Source of the DNA: Eledone cirrhosa
Taxonomy: Eukaryota
Reading direction: 5' to 3'
Assembly: GCA_964016885.1 (NCBI GenBank)
Contig: OZ024752.1
Coordinates: forward strand, 33,666,001-33,730,000
Length of the DNA: 64,000 bases
In this document: one piece after another, positions 1 through 46,363 of the stretch
Position numbering within the stretch: position 1 is the first letter of the stretch
Layout: the number at the start of each line of letters is the position of its first letter
Notes under the pieces: model-generated
The model's database searches: none
Told to the model about the DNA's origin: nothing
Seen by the model: only the letters and a program-made list of their open reading frames with translations
Program-made: the position numbers and the translations under genes

Positions 1-190
1 TATTCCAGCTATGGAAACAGTAGTTGGAATCAAGAAAACTGAGAGTGAACCTAGCTAAGACTAAAGTGTTGATAAATAGGAAAGAGGACAAAACTCTAAT
101 TCCATCAGGGAAATGGCGATGTTCGATATATAGAAAAGGAGTTGGCATAAACTCAATAGAATGTACACAATGCAGATCTTGAGTACACAG
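1..190 (+). mobile_element. Degraded RTE LINE fragment (family C)
   Basis: Homologous to 6998-7180 (WKQ.LES...VNLAKTKVL...PSGKW); truncated by the window edge. Confidence 0.75.
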
Positions 191-786
191 GTAAATATAA
201 AGGTATATGTATATATATACATGTATTGTAATTCTAAAATATTTCAAATCAATAAAAAATATCCGATAGCATGTTATGGAGAACAAATGTACAAACACGC
301 TGCAGTATCGGTAGAGCGTCGGACACCATGCATTGCAGCATAGAGTTACGGCCCTTTATGATCTGAGTTCAAATTCCGCCGAGGTCAACTTTGCCTTTCA
401 TCCTTACGAGGTTGATAAAATGAAGTACCAGTAATACACTGGATTAATTGCTGGCCTTGTGCCAAAAGTAGAAACAATTATTATTTATTAAAATGTTTCA
501 TATTTAAGTGGTTGTAAACAAACGTGTGCGTGTCTGTTTGTAAGATGCGTGTGTGCAAATTTCTTTCTATATTTTACAGTCAAAGGGAAACAACTAAATA
601 AATTCTAGTAAAAAATGTGTTATCTGGTCCATCACTGCTATTTCTAGCGTGGTTATGACTGTTCTTCGATTTTTGCACATCTTTGGGAATTTAGTTCTTG
701 TTTATATATATATATACATGTATATATATATATATAAGTGTGTGTGTGTTTATATATATATACATGTATATGCGTGTGTGTGTGTA

Positions 787-1606
787 TCATAATCATCATC
801 GTTTAACGTCCATCTTCCACGCTAGCATAGGTTTGGACGGGAATTTTCCCACTTGAGGCAAGATTGGTTGTCTTGCTCGCATAGGACTGTCTGGCGGGTT
901 TCTACGGCTGGATGCCCTTCCTAACACCAACCACATTTACAGTGTGGAACTGGGAGGTTTTTACCGTGTTACCTACACGGCCACATTACAGCGTGGACTG
1001 TGTGTTTTTTTTTGTCGTGACACTTACACGACCTCATTTGTTTCGGTCTGGATGTTCTGGTACCAACATAACTTTAAAGGGGTGGTGTGGATGAGGTGGG
1101 GGTAGTGGAACGGGGGTGTATTTTTGTTTGAGGTGCCTACTGACTGTAGGTTTTGCTTTGTACTTAGACAAGGCGGGTCTTCTGTATTACTGTGTAGCGC
1201 CAAAGGTCTCGGTCCAGTGACATTGTCTTGGAGAGGTGTAAGTGTGTGAGGTCGGAATTTATCAAGTCGTCCCAGGTTTTTCTTGGTCTGCCTACTCCGT
1301 GGCTACCGTCTATTTTTATCGCCCTGCACTTTTTTATACAGCTGTCGTCTTTCATGCGCATCACGTGACCGTACCAACGTAGCCTTCTCTCGACTAAACA
1401 ACATCTGATCCCTCTTATTCCTAATTTCTCCCTTAGTTCGTTTATGCTTTGCCGTTCACGTATATTACTATTACACATCCAGCGGAGCATGCAAGCTTCG
1501 TTCCTCTCCAGTCTGCGTATATCCTCTGCACACAATGCCCAGGTCTCACTGCCATGCAACATTGTTATTCGTATGCAGGCATCATACAGCCTGCCTTTCA
1601 TTTTTG
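787..1606 (-). mobile_element. RTE LINE 3' fragment (family A) with 3'UTR and (ATG)n tail
   Basis: ORF 1164-1643 MKGRLYDAC...RRLRWYGHVMR...GRPRKTW; tail is (CAT)n on the + strand. Confidence 0.9.
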
Positions 1607-1619
1607 TGTGTATATATAT

Positions 1620-3948
1620 CATCATCATCATCATCATCATCAACGTTTAACGTCCCGTGTTCCACGCTTGCATGGGTTTGGACGGGGGTAGTCCCACTTG
1701 AGGCAAGAGTGATTGTCTTGCTCGCATAGGACTGTCTGGCAGGTTTTCTACAGTTGGATGCCCTTCCTAACACCAACCACATTTACAGTGTGGGTCTGGG
1801 AGGTTTTTACCGTGTTGCCTACACGGCCACATTACAGCGTGGACTGTGTGTTTTTTTGTCGTGACACCTACACGATCTCATTTGTTTCGGCCTGGATGGC
1901 GCGGCACCAACATAACTTTACATAGAACGGGGTGGTGTGGATGGGGTGGGGGTGGTGGTGGTGGGACGGGGTGTATTTTGTTAGAGATGCCTACTGGCTG
2001 GAGTAGGTTTTACTATATATATTTAGGTAAGGCGGGTCTTCTCTGTTACTGAGTATCGCCAAAGGTCTCTGTCCAGTGACATTGTCTTGGAGAGGTGTAA
2101 GTGTGTGATGTCGGAGTTTATCAGCTCGTCCCAGGTTTTTCTAGGTCTGCCTATTCCGTGACTACCGTCTATCTTTATTGCCCTGCACTTTGTTATACAG
2201 CTATCGACTTTCATGCGCATCACGTGTCCATACCAACGTAGCCTTCTCTCGAGTAAACAACATCTGATCCCTCTTATCTCTAATTTTTTCCTTAGTTCGT
2301 TTCTGCTTTGCCGTTCACGTATATTACTGTTACACATCCAGCGGAGCATGCAAGCTTCGTTCCTCTCTAGTCTGCGTATATCCTCTGCACACAATGCCCA
2401 GATCTCACTGCCATGCAACATTGCTGTTCGTATGCAGGCATCGTACAACCTGCCTTTCATTTTTAGGGAGAACCCTTTAGCAGCTAATAGTGGTATAAGC
2501 TCTCTGAACTTTTTCCAACCAGTTCTGACTCTAGCTACAGTACTTTCAGAGCACCCTCCCCCACTGCTGATTTTATCGCCCAGGTAACAGAAGCTGTCCA
2601 CTATTTCTATAGAACCCTCTGCGCAATTGAAAGAGCTAGTATTTTGTGGGCACTTGCTGCTACTTATTGCACCAGAACACCGGCCACATGTAAAATCTAT
2701 GTTCTTAGTTAGCTTACCTGTGATCCCACTACATCTTTTATGCACCCATACTTTGCATTTAGGACATAAAATAGAGTTTCTACCTACGCCTTTCCTACAC
2801 ACCGAGCACGACCATTTCCCAGAAGGGACCGCCGCCTTGTTTTCTTTCCTACAAACTAGAACTTTGGTCTTAGCCAGGTTAATTTTAAGTCCTTTTGACT
2901 CTAGGCCGTGCTTCCATGTTTGGAATTTCTTCTCTAGCTCGGCCATTGATTCCGCTATGAGTGTCAGGTCGTCTGCGTATAGGAGTTCCCATGGGCAGCC
3001 TGTCTTGAACTCCTCTGTTATAGCCTGAAGGGCAATAATAAATAGTAGGGGGCTGAGAACAGAGCCCTGATGGACGCCAACTTTTACGCTAAACTCTTCA
3101 CTATATTCGTTGTTAATTCTAACCTTGCTGACTGTTTCTTTATACATGGCTTGTATAGCCCTCACAAGCCATTCGTCAACGCCTAGTTTTCTAAGAGCCC
3201 ACCAGATAATGGAGCGGGGGACTCTGTCGAAGGCTTTCTCCAGGTCGACAAAAGCTAAGTAGAGGGGTTTACCTTTAGCTAGGTACTTCTCCTGTAGTTG
3301 TCGTACTATGAAAAGAGCGTCTGTGGTACTTTTGCCTGACACAAACCCGAACTGCATTTCATCTAGGTCAATTCTCTCTCTGATTAGTTGCGCTATTACT
3401 TTTTCCGTGACCTTCATGACCTGGTCGATTAATTTAATGCCTCTATAGTTACTCCTATCTAGGGCGTTATAACAGTTAACGATGATGCTGCTATGCCAGT
3501 CCTTCGGAACAACCCCATTCTGTACGACTTGGTTAACTATGCGGGTGACCATGGTGTGTCCCACCGTGCCAGATGCCTTCAGCATCTCAGCAACTATTTC
3601 CGAAGGCCCAGCCGCCTTACCCGTCTTCATATCCTTGATTGCCTTACTTATTATACTCCCCTCGACTAACACTGCTGGTCCCTCTATTGGGTTGATATGG
3701 GGGAGACTGTCTTTCTCCCATTTATTCTCCTCATTTAGTAGCCTTTCATAGTGACACTTCCAAGCTACCTTCTTATCAGTGTCGGTGATGGCAAGTATGC
3801 CATCATCGTTAAGTACACACTTCTCCCCGACAATATCACGGTTTTCCTTGACGCATTGCCTAGCAATCCTGAACACCTCACGTTTTTGGTCATCGCGTTG
3901 TAGAACATGCTTGAACTTTCTTTCCTCAGCTTCCCTTCTTGCTAAGTA
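1620..3948 (-). mobile_element. 5'-truncated RTE LINE (family A), RT ORF 2023-3876
   Basis: NYRGIKL, QFGF, FVDLEKAFDRV, GVHQGSVLSP, YADD; small in-frame deletion relative to the 49442 copy; (ATG)n tail. Confidence 0.93.
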
Positions 3949-4107
3949 CTATATATATATATATATATACTCTTTTACCTGTTCCAGCCATCCGGCTGAG
4001 GTCATGCTGGGACACCGCCCTTGAAAAAGTGAACTAAACATCCCTGGTGGGATATGTATATATATATATAATGTGTATATATATATATATATATATATGT
4101 GTGTATA

Positions 4108-5120
4108 TACGATATTAACAAATGGAAACTATATTAATAAAACCATATTTATTTCATTATACATATTTCAAGGACACCAAGTTAAATTATGGTGTGCTTT
4201 CATTAGATAAAATATAATATAGATCAGTTTTATAAATAAATATTGACATACCCTTAAAAAATGCAACCATTACTGTTGGAAGCTCCCGGATAGTGGAGTT
4301 GTAGCTTTAATTATATTATTAGTATTGGATATTTTTATTTTTAAAAGAAGCCGTTGGGTTACGGAGAAAGAGAAAGATAGAGAAGGAGAGAGAGAGAAAG
4401 ACCGGAACAACAGAGAGAGAAAGAGAGAGAGAGAGAGAGGAGATAGAGAAAAGGAGAGAGAACGAAACCTCTAAGTCATATCTTGTTGAGTTAACTTAAC
4501 AATTGAGATGAAATGAATAAATAAAATTAGAAATGTTAAACATCTAATCATATTTAAACAATGGTTAAATTTCTCATATTATATATGTATATTCCATTCA
4601 TGATTATTAACATTTCTAATTTTATTTATTCATTCATCTCAATTGTTAAGTTAACTCAACAAGATATGACATAGAGGTTTCGTTCTCTCTCCTTTTCTCT
4701 GTCTCCTCTCTCTCTCTATCTTTCTCTCTCTGTTGTTCCGGTCTTTCTCTCTCTCTCCTTCTCTATCTTTCTCTTTCTCCGTAACTGAACGGCTTATTTT
4801 AAAAATAAAAATATCCAATACTAATAATATAATTAAAGCTACAACTCCACAATCCGGGAGCTTCCAACAGTAATGGTTGCATTTTTTAAGGGTATGTCAA
4901 TATTTATTTATAAAACTGATCTATATTATATTTTATCTGATGAAAGCACACCATAATTTAGCTTGGTGTCCTTGAAATATGTATAATGAAATAAATATGG
5001 TTTTATAAATATAGTTTCCATTTGTTAATATCGTATTTTTACTCCAAATATTTGTTGAGTGCTTTATATCAGTTATAAAAATATTTGCTTCTTGTATCCC
5101 AACAATTTAAATAGAACTTT
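4108..5120. repeat. ~930-bp inverted repeat (arms ~4108-4550 and ~4600-5035) with hammerhead motif and unique 3' tail
   Basis: Arms are near-exact reverse complements; CTGATGA at 4937, GAAA at 4974; flanked by (TA)n. Confidence 0.88.
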
Positions 5121-5282
5121 TACATATATGTGTATATATATATATACATAATGTATATATACATAATGTATATATACATAATGTATATATATATACATTA
5201 TGTGTATATATATATACATTATGTATATATATATATTCATTATGTATATATATATACACATAAATGTATATATATATATATA

Positions 5283-5833
5283 ATAAAGATAGACAGTAGC
5301 CACGGAATAGGCAGACCTAGAAAAACCTGGGACGAGCTGATAAACTCCGACCTCACACACTTACACCTCTCCAAGACAATGTCACTGGACCGAGACCTTT
5401 GGCGGTACTCAGTAACAGAGAAGACCCGCCTTACCTAAATACATAGTAAAACCTACTACAGCCAGTAGGCATCACTAACAAAATACCCCCCCCCGTCCCA
5501 CCCCCCCCCCACCCCACCCCGTTCTATGTAAAGTTGTGTTGGTGCCACACCATCCAGGCCGAAACAAATGAGATCATGTAGGTGTCACGACAAAAAAACA
5601 CACAGTCCACGCTGTAATGTGGCCGTGTAGGCAACACGGTAAAAACCTCCCAGACCCACACTGTAAATGTGGTTGGTGTTAGGAAGGGCATCCAGCCGTA
5701 GAAGACCTGCCAGACAGTCCTATGCGAGCAAGACAATCACTCTTGCCTCAAGTGGGACTACCCCCGTCCAAACCCATGCAAGCGTGGAACACGGACGTTA
5801 AACGTTGATGATGATGATGATGATGATGATGAT
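5283..5833 (+). mobile_element. RTE LINE 3' end (family A)
   Basis: KIDSSHGIGRPRKTWDEL..., 3'UTR and (GAT)n tail. Confidence 0.9.
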
Positions 5834-6886
5834 AATGTATATATATATAAATTTATTATTATTACTATATATAATGTATATATATATATATTATGTATTT
5901 TTTAATTTTTTTAATTTTAATTGAGTTCTTAACACGTTGGATTGATAATGTTTTCGAAAAAACTGATTAACCCGTGTGTATATTATTTTTTTTCCTCCTT
6001 TCGTGGATCGTAGTTGTCTCCCCTTCCCGCTTAGTGACGCTATAATACTTCCTCACTAAAAAACTGCTGGAATTTCAAATTTGCCGGTCATTCGATGCGG
6101 GAAGGAGCAACTTAACAGACACGATTTTTAACTGCAGTAAGAATTTTTTTCTTATATCAAAGTTTAATGGGCTTCCACTGATGATTTATAAGCACCCACC
6201 TAAATATATTCTTACATGAATATATATTAGGCTTCTACATAAACTGGAAATATTCTCCGAATTTGTGGAAAACTTATAATGAAACAATTGTTTGGAAAGA
6301 GAGATATATTTTAACTTTAATTATATCTTATAAAATAATACAACTGGCTTTTCCACATAATACATATTGTTAGCACCCCAAACACTTAAATTGGGTTTAT
6401 ATTAAAATATAACCTAATGTTTGTTGAGTGAGATGGTTACCAGTCAGAGATTAGCTTTAAACTATCTCTGTTATTGTATTAATTATATAATGTATATATA
6501 TATATAATGTATATATATATAATTGTTTCTACTTTTTGGCACAAGGCCAGCAATTACCCAGTGCATTACTGGTACTTTATTTTAGCGACCCCTTCAGGAT
6601 GAAAGGCAAAGTTAATCTTGGCGGGATTTGAACTCATAATGGCAAGGGCCGTAACTCTATGCTAAAATGCATGGCGTCCAACCCTCTACCGATACTGCTA
6701 ATCCACCATATATATAATTGTTTTTACTTTTGGCACAAGGCCAGCAATTACCCAGTACATTACTGGTACTTTATTTTATCGACCCCGGAAGGATGAAAGG
6801 CAAAGTTAACCTCGGCGGGATTTGAACTCAGATCATACAGGGAGGTAACTCTATGCTTCAATATAATGTATATATATATTGTTAAT

Positions 6887-7935
6887 TATAGTCCTCCAAG
6901 CCAGAACAGAGGAGTTTAAGACTGGCTGTCCATAGGAACTTCTCTATGCTGATGATCTGGTTCTTATAGCAGAATCAGTAGAGGAGCTAGAGAATAAATT
7001 CTGGCTATGGAAACAGCAGTTGGAATCAAGAGGACTGATAGTGAACCTAGCTAAGACAAAAGTGTTGAGTAGAAAAGAGGACAAAACTCTGATTCCGTCA
7101 GGGAAATGACCATGTTCGATATATAGAAAAGGAACTGGCATAAATTCTATAAAATGCACACAATGCAGATCCTGGATACACAAGAGATGTAGTGGGATAG
7201 CAGGCAAACTAACAGGTAGGGAGAAATATGTATGCAGTAGATGTACAGGGAAATTAGACAGTAGAAGTCGCATTGATAGACACATTCTTCAAATGCAGGC
7301 GGGTGCTATAGAAGTGGTGGATAGCTTCCGGTACCTAGGAGATCAGATTAGCATGGGAGGGGGGTGTTCGGAGGCCATAGTATCTAGAATAAGGATGGGT
7401 TGGAAGGAGTTTAGGGAGCTGCTTCCTCTGCTGACGAAGAAGGGTTTCTTCCTGCGTACAAAAGGCCGGTTATATGATGCCTGTGTGAGACGCACGGTGC
7501 TGCATGGTAGTGAGACATGGGTAGCAACTGGGGAGGATATGTGACGGCTGGAGAGAAATGAGGCAAGCATGCTCCGTTGGATGTGCAATGTCAATGCGCG
7601 TGAACGACCAAGCATAGATGAGTTGAGAGAGAAACTGTGTCTGAGAGGGATAAGTTGTGGTGTGCAGGAGAGAAGACTGAGATGGTATGGACATGTGATG
7701 CACATGGAGGATGACTGCTGGGTAAAGAAGTGCCAAGTAATCCCAGTAGAAGGAAAATGCAGTAGAGGAAGACCACGAAAAACATGGACGGAGGTGGTGA
7801 GAGCAGACCTCAGATCGCTGAAGTTCACAGAGGAGATGACGAAGGACCATGACAAGTGGACAGATGCTGTACTGAATAAGACCCGTCCCACCCTTGCAAG
7901 CAGGGAAAAGCGGATGTAAAATGATGATGATGATA
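6887..7935 (+). mobile_element. Degraded RTE LINE (family C)
   Basis: YADD region, FRYLG and RRLRWYGHV, with in-frame stops; 3' end acccgtcccacccttgcaagcagggaaaagcgg followed by (ATG)n. Confidence 0.88.
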
Positions 7936-8518
7936 TGTATATATATAGAGAGAGATAGTTGCAGTTTTGGCGTAAAAATGTTACATTCACAATACAGTTA
8001 AGTGATAAGAATCTTGTTTATATAAAAGACAATTTTTATTTCTTTCTGGTTTACATAATCAAGATAGGGTTTTTTTGGAGAGAAATATTATTTTAGTAAT
8101 GGAAGCTAACTTATTATTTCAAAGGTTAAATCTTAGAATGGAACGAAACTTATTGACAATGAGGTATTAAAACGTAAAGATGAGGAGGTAATTTTTAAGT
8201 GGAAGAGCCTTACTAATTTGAAAGTTTTATATAGCTTTGGTTGGAATATTTTTTAGAGTAGAAAAAAAAAACTTTACTAATGATATAATTGAGATTGTAA
8301 TTAAATTGAAAAAATTTTTTTTTTTTATTTGGGGTATTTTTATGAGGCTTGGTTCACCTGGCTTTCTTTAAAAACCAAAACAAAAAATAAAAACATGTCA
8401 GATTATTTTCTTATTTTATCAGTGCTCATATTTACATTCTATATATTTACTTACGGTTAGGGTTATTCTTTGAACAATCTTTGCTGTGTGTGGGTGGGTG
8501 GTGGTGGTAGAAGATTAA

Positions 8519-8824
8519 CCCTTTAGCATTTAAACCGGCCAGAATTATCTCACCTCTTTCTGTTTAACCCTTTAGCATTTAAACTGGCCATATCCGGGCC
8601 AGAATTCTCTCACCTCTTTCTGTTTAACCCTTTAGCATTTAAACTGGCCATATCCGGCCAGAATTCTCTCACCTCTTTCTGTTCAAACCAGCCATAACCA
8701 GCTGTTAAGGTATTGTCTCAAAATAAATAATATCAAAATCTCATAGATTTGATATTATGTGAGATAAAGCCTTTTCTGTGAAAATACAAATGTATCTATA
8801 TATAGTAATGTGAATACTAAAGAG
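8519..8824. mobile_element. piggyBac-like MITE with internally duplicated left end
   Basis: TTAA|CCCTTTAGCATTT start, degenerate right end followed by TTAA; same family at 38074, 59846, 61298. Confidence 0.7.
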
Positions 8825-9336
8825 TTAATATGTAGATCACCATGTCCCACCCAGGGAAAAGCGGATGTAAAATGATGGTGATGATCATAAAACGTGAAAT
8901 ATTTGTTTTAAAGAACCTCAACAAACTGTTTTTTTTTGTTTTGTTTTGTTTTGTTTTTGACAGTCTTGTTTGTAAGTTGTATAATAAAGAAAACAAACCA
9001 ACAAATGTAAACTGAAGCTTAGGGATGGGGTCAGGTCCTTACTGTTTATTGGTCCATAAAATTGGGGGCCTAGTTGTAAAGAAAGAGAGACTGATGTTTG
9101 GATAAGAATGTGATGAGCTGATATATAGTATAACAATATCAAACATTGGACAACAAAGAGGCAGTAATGTAATTATCAAATGTAACTGGGCTCAAGATAC
9201 ACCAGATTCTTATCTTTGGTTCAATATACTTTCTATTTATCTACGTTATATATATATGTGTGTGTGTGTATTGGGTTCAATCGGGGGTAACCACAGTTAG
9301 TAAGGTACTCAATACATTAGTAAAGTATAAACATCA

Positions 9337-9474
9337 AGTTTAATATAGAAATGGCTTCTACAGGACTAGAACCGTTTCAATTCAAAAGAAATCAGAAACG
9401 AGGTTTATTTCCTGATGATTTCCTTTGAATGAAACAGTTCTAGTCTTGTAAAAAGCCATTTCTATATTAAACTT
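9337..9474. repeat. Imperfect palindrome with hammerhead-like core
   Basis: aatatagaaatggct...tagaac pairs with gttctag...agccatttctatatt; CTGATGA 9412, GAAAC 9431. Confidence 0.65.
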
Positions 9475-9521
9475 CATATACACACATATATATATATATA
9501 CACACACACACATATACATCA

Positions 9522-9725
9522 TACGAGGCTTAGCCAAAAAGTTCATAGGCTGACCAAGATACTCTCAGGGAATGACCAAATGAGGTTTATTTTTCAACAT
9601 AGTCCCTGGAAAGGAACAATGTAGTTATTAATAAGAAGAGTTGAAATTAATGCATGCAAGATTTCACAGCTCTAGCATCACTGCTTCATAGTCAGCCGCT
9701 GAACATTTTCAGCCAACTGTTGTAT
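9522..9725. mobile_element. mariner-like MITE remnant
   Basis: TACGAGG...AAAAGTT terminus; reverse-complement copy at ~37655-37856. Confidence 0.5.
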
Positions 9726-9881
9726 GTATACACACACACATATATATATAAATATATATGTGTGTGTGTATATATATAGACACACACACACACACACACA
9801 CACCACATATATATTTATATATATATGTGTGTGTGTGTGTGTCTATATATATACACACACACACATATATATGTGTGTGTG

Positions 9882-10081
9882 NNNNNNNNNNNNNNNNNNN
9901 NNNNNNNNNNNNNNNNNNNNNNNNNNNNNNNNNNNNNNNNNNNNNNNNNNNNNNNNNNNNNNNNNNNNNNNNNNNNNNNNNNNNNNNNNNNNNNNNNNNN
10001 NNNNNNNNNNNNNNNNNNNNNNNNNNNNNNNNNNNNNNNNNNNNNNNNNNNNNNNNNNNNNNNNNNNNNNNNNNNNNNNNN
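9882..10081. other. Assembly gap (200 N)
   Basis: Run of N. Confidence 0.99.
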
Positions 10082-10498
10082 TCTTGATTATAAAAACATG
10101 AGTATGTTCAAGAACAGATCATAAGACAGCAGAAACACTTGAAATTTTATGCTAGCAGTCACTATAGTTTAAACACAGACTTTGATATTGTACTTAAAGA
10201 AATCAAGTGGGTAGTATTATACATTAAATGGTGGCAACAAGTTGGTAGCGATGATAGAATGTTACACTATGCATTTCAGTATTTAGTTTAGATCCTATAC
10301 ATTTAAGCTCAATGTTTCTGGTGTCAGCAGCTAATCATTCTCACATGAGCCACTAAAATATACTATGATTTCAATGTTGCTGGGGTCAGCAGCTATTCAT
10401 TCCTGAATGAACCCCTAAAATGTACTGTGATTAATTTAGTTGACAATACAGTTTCTCTCTCTCTTTAAATTTTTTTTTTTTTTTTTTTTTTACCAAAG

Positions 10499-10714
10499 TT
10501 GACCTTATGTGTCAATAGTCAAAAGCAGTCAACATTAAGTGGTCACCATTTTGTAAAACTTATAAAACTTAACAACCAATGGAAGTTCAGAACAAGCAAA
10601 GAAAATGGTAAGGAGTTGGTAATATCTAGCAAGCTAATTCATAGTTCTGAACAACTTATTCAATCTGAATCTGACATCTGTGGGTTCATTTATAGCATAC
10701 AATGTGTTCAATAA
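10499..10714 (+). CDS. Candidate terminal exon of an unidentified plus-strand gene, convergent with NEK11
   Basis: Long poly-T tract plus ccaaag acceptor, then 71 non-repetitive open codons; the TAA stop overlaps AATAAA (10710-10715). Confidence 0.45.
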   Translation: MTLCVNSQKQSTLSGHHFVKLIKLNNQWKFRTSKENGKELVISSKLIHSSEQLIQSESDICGFIYSIQCVQ

Positions 10715-10729
10715 AGAAATTTATCTTCT

Positions 10730-43207
<32,478 letters not shown>

Positions 43208-43999
43208 CTATAAATGTAAAATTTAGAATAAACTTCACTTCTTTTTAAATGTTTATATGGCATGGAACAAGTGTCTCAGAAGAATGCTACACATCTCATA
43301 CATGGAGCACAAAACAAACAACTTTGTCAGGCAGCAAGTTAACAAATATGCTGGCTGACAGGAACCACTCCTTGCGATAGAGAAAAGATGGAAGCTTGCC
43401 TGGTTTGGTCATGTTTCCCGCCACAACTACTCGTCTAAAACCATCCTTCAAGGCACAGTCCAGAGAGGGGCAGACAAAGAAAACCCTGGTCTGATAACAT
43501 CAGAGACTGAACTGGTCAAAGCACAGAGACCCTTCCACACATGATAGAGATGGCAACAACTGACTATGAAAGTGTCAAAAGTGGCACTTGAATGACACAT
43601 CTAGGGTGGCACTCCAACGGTTGGCTGCAACAGTGGCGCATCTAGATTCACACATACATGTATAGATTCACTTATATGATGTCATGAGATAATTGTTTCT
43701 ACTTTTGGCACAAGGCCAGCAATTACCCAGTGCATTACTGGTACTTTATTTTATTGACCCCGTAAGGATGAAAGGCAAAGTCAACCTCGGCGGGATTTGA
43801 ACGCAGAATGGCAAGGGCCGTAACTCTATGCGTCAAAGCATGGCGTCCGACCCTCTACTGATACTGCCAATCCACCGCCTTTGATGTCATGAAATAATAC
43901 TATATATATATATAGTATCATAGATTCACATTTATGATGTTATGAGATAATACTAAAAATATATAGATTCACATTATCATGAGATAATACTATCTATAT

Positions 44000-44248
44000 A
44001 TGTGATGCACATGGAGGATGACCGCTGGGTAAATAGTGCCAAGAAATTCCAGTGGAGGGAAGACGCAGTAGAGGAAGACCATGAAAAACATGGGCGGAGG
44101 TGGTGAGAGCAGACCTCAGATTGCTGAAGCTCACCGAGGAGATGACGAAGGACCGTGACAAGTGGAGAGATGCTGTGCTGAATAGGACCCGTCCCACCCT
44201 TGCAAGCAGGGAAAAGCAGACGTAAAATGATGATGATGATGATGATGA
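44000..44248 (+). mobile_element. RTE family C 3' end
   Basis: Matches 7693-7935. Confidence 0.85.
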
Positions 44249-44278
44249 TAGATTCACATATATGATGTCATGAGATAA

Positions 44279-44759
44279 TCTATATATATATAACTGAGGA
44301 TGTCTGTCTGTGTGTGTGTGTGTCTGTGAGTTTGAATCCTTAAAACTCAAGAAGTGCCCAACCGATTTTTTTCAAACTTTACATGTGTATTACTTATGTT
44401 TCAGGGAGTGTTATGCACATAAAAAATTCAACTAGGGCCTGCATTAGGTGAAAAACTGCGTTTTTTCAGCTTCTTAGGGGTTTTTTGAGGTGTTACGTCA
44501 GACCGATTTCCTTGAAATTGTAACTATGTATTAGTCAGTCTCTTTTGTATTAGTCATACTGTGAGCAAAGAAAATCCAACTTTTTTATGGCCTAGGTCCC
44601 GCATTAGGTGAAAAACTTCATTTTTTCAGCTTTTTAGGGCTTTTTTCGGTTTATTTTCTTTACATATTGTCCAGATGTGCAGTTTTTCCATGATTAGGTC
44701 TGTTGGCGGCTCGCGTTCCAAAATACCTCATCCTGTGCAACGCTGGGTACCACTGCTAG
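44279..44759 (+). mobile_element. Non-autonomous Helitron
   Basis: 5' TC, 3' gcaacgctggg...CTAG, inserted between A and T with no TSD. Confidence 0.75.
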
Positions 44760-44818
44760 TACTAAATATATATAGTTTCACAAATATATAGATACACATA
44801 CATAATGACTTGAGATAA

Positions 44819-45060
44819 TCTATATATATAAAAGCAAGTCGGTCTGTGTGTGTGTCTGTCTGTGTACAAATACTAGGCTCCTTTTAACCTTTGAAATACT
44901 AGGCCGCTTTGGCACGTGCTATTGAAGCGACCTCTCATTGGCTAGCCAATTAGCTGACATAAGCTGACATGCACTCAGAAATTGCTAGCTAAGCCATAAA
45001 CGACCTTGAACAATTCAGGCTGTCATTTATTTCCCGAGCAACGCCGGGTACATCTGCTAG
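44819..45060 (+). mobile_element. Non-autonomous Helitron
   Basis: 5' TC, 3' hairpin cccgagcaacgccggg then CTAG, A|T target. Confidence 0.75.
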
Positions 45061-45967
45061 TACTATATATAGTAGATTCACATATACATAATGTCATGAG
45101 ATAATACTAAAAATATATAGACTCACACACATGTCATGAAACTTCCTGGTTACAATGAAGCCTAAAATAAATATATAAAGAGAGAGACTCTTATCTTTTG
45201 GCTCTATACTTAAACCTAGCTATCTACTTACTTTTCTACCTAATCACTCACCTATGTACACACCCACCCATATCTACCTACACACCACCACCACCCCTCT
45301 CTCTCCCTCTCTCTCTCTATATATATATATAGTAATAATAATAAATATGAAGACTAAAGTCCATATATATATAGTAATAATAATAGTAATAATAAGAAGA
45401 TCCAGTTAAGGGTGAAAGCATCAATTCTTTGCTTAAACTTTAATCTGTTATTTTAATATATGATGATGATGATATATATATATATATATAAATTCTTTTA
45501 TTGGTTTCAGTCATTGGATTAAGGCCATTCTAGAGCAGCACCTTAAAAGAGGTTTTAGTCAATCATATTGACCCCCCGCAACTTATTTGTTTAAAAGTCT
45601 GGCACCACTTACAGGGCATACATACAAACAGCAACATAAATACAGACACACAATCACACACATACATATATAATTGTTTCTACTTTTGACACAAGGCCAG
45701 CAATTACCCAGTACATTACTGGTACTTTATTTTTATCGACCCCGTAAGGATGAAAGGCAAAGTTAACCTTGGCGGGATTTGAACTCAGATCATAAAGGGA
45801 CGAAACTATGCTTCAAAGCATGGTGTCCGACTCTTAACCGATACTGCCAATCCACCACCCACACACACATATAATGCACCAAAATCAGTTGACCTCCAGA
45901 GGTCAACTGATCAGAAGGGACTGTCCTGTGTCTTCACCCATTTTTTAAAAAATTGTGTGTGTGTGTA

Positions 45968-46013
<46 letters not shown>

Positions 46014-46363
46014 CATACATATAATGGGCTTCTGTATAGTTTCCATCTCCTGAATTTCATTCACAGGACAGTCAAACTGTGGCTGTAGTTGTAACACTTG
46101 CCCAAGGTGCTATAGTGTCACACTGTAGGACTGGACATGAAACTATGTGGTTGCAAGACAATCTTCTTAACTACAAAGCCATGTCTATGCTTATAATATA
46201 TATTATAAAATGCATTGGGATTACCTCTGTGTGCGTGCGTGTGCGTGTGTTTGTGTGTGCGTGCGTGTGTGTGTGAGAGAGAGAGATACATGATTGGTTG
46301 AAATTTTGCTGACGTAAGAAGAAGACTAACAGATGCTGTCAAACTTCAAGAGTAATTTTTAGT

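Noticed and set aside
579-608. Possible terminal exon (ttttacag|..KGKQLNKF*)
   Set aside because: Too short to support without upstream exons or transcripts.
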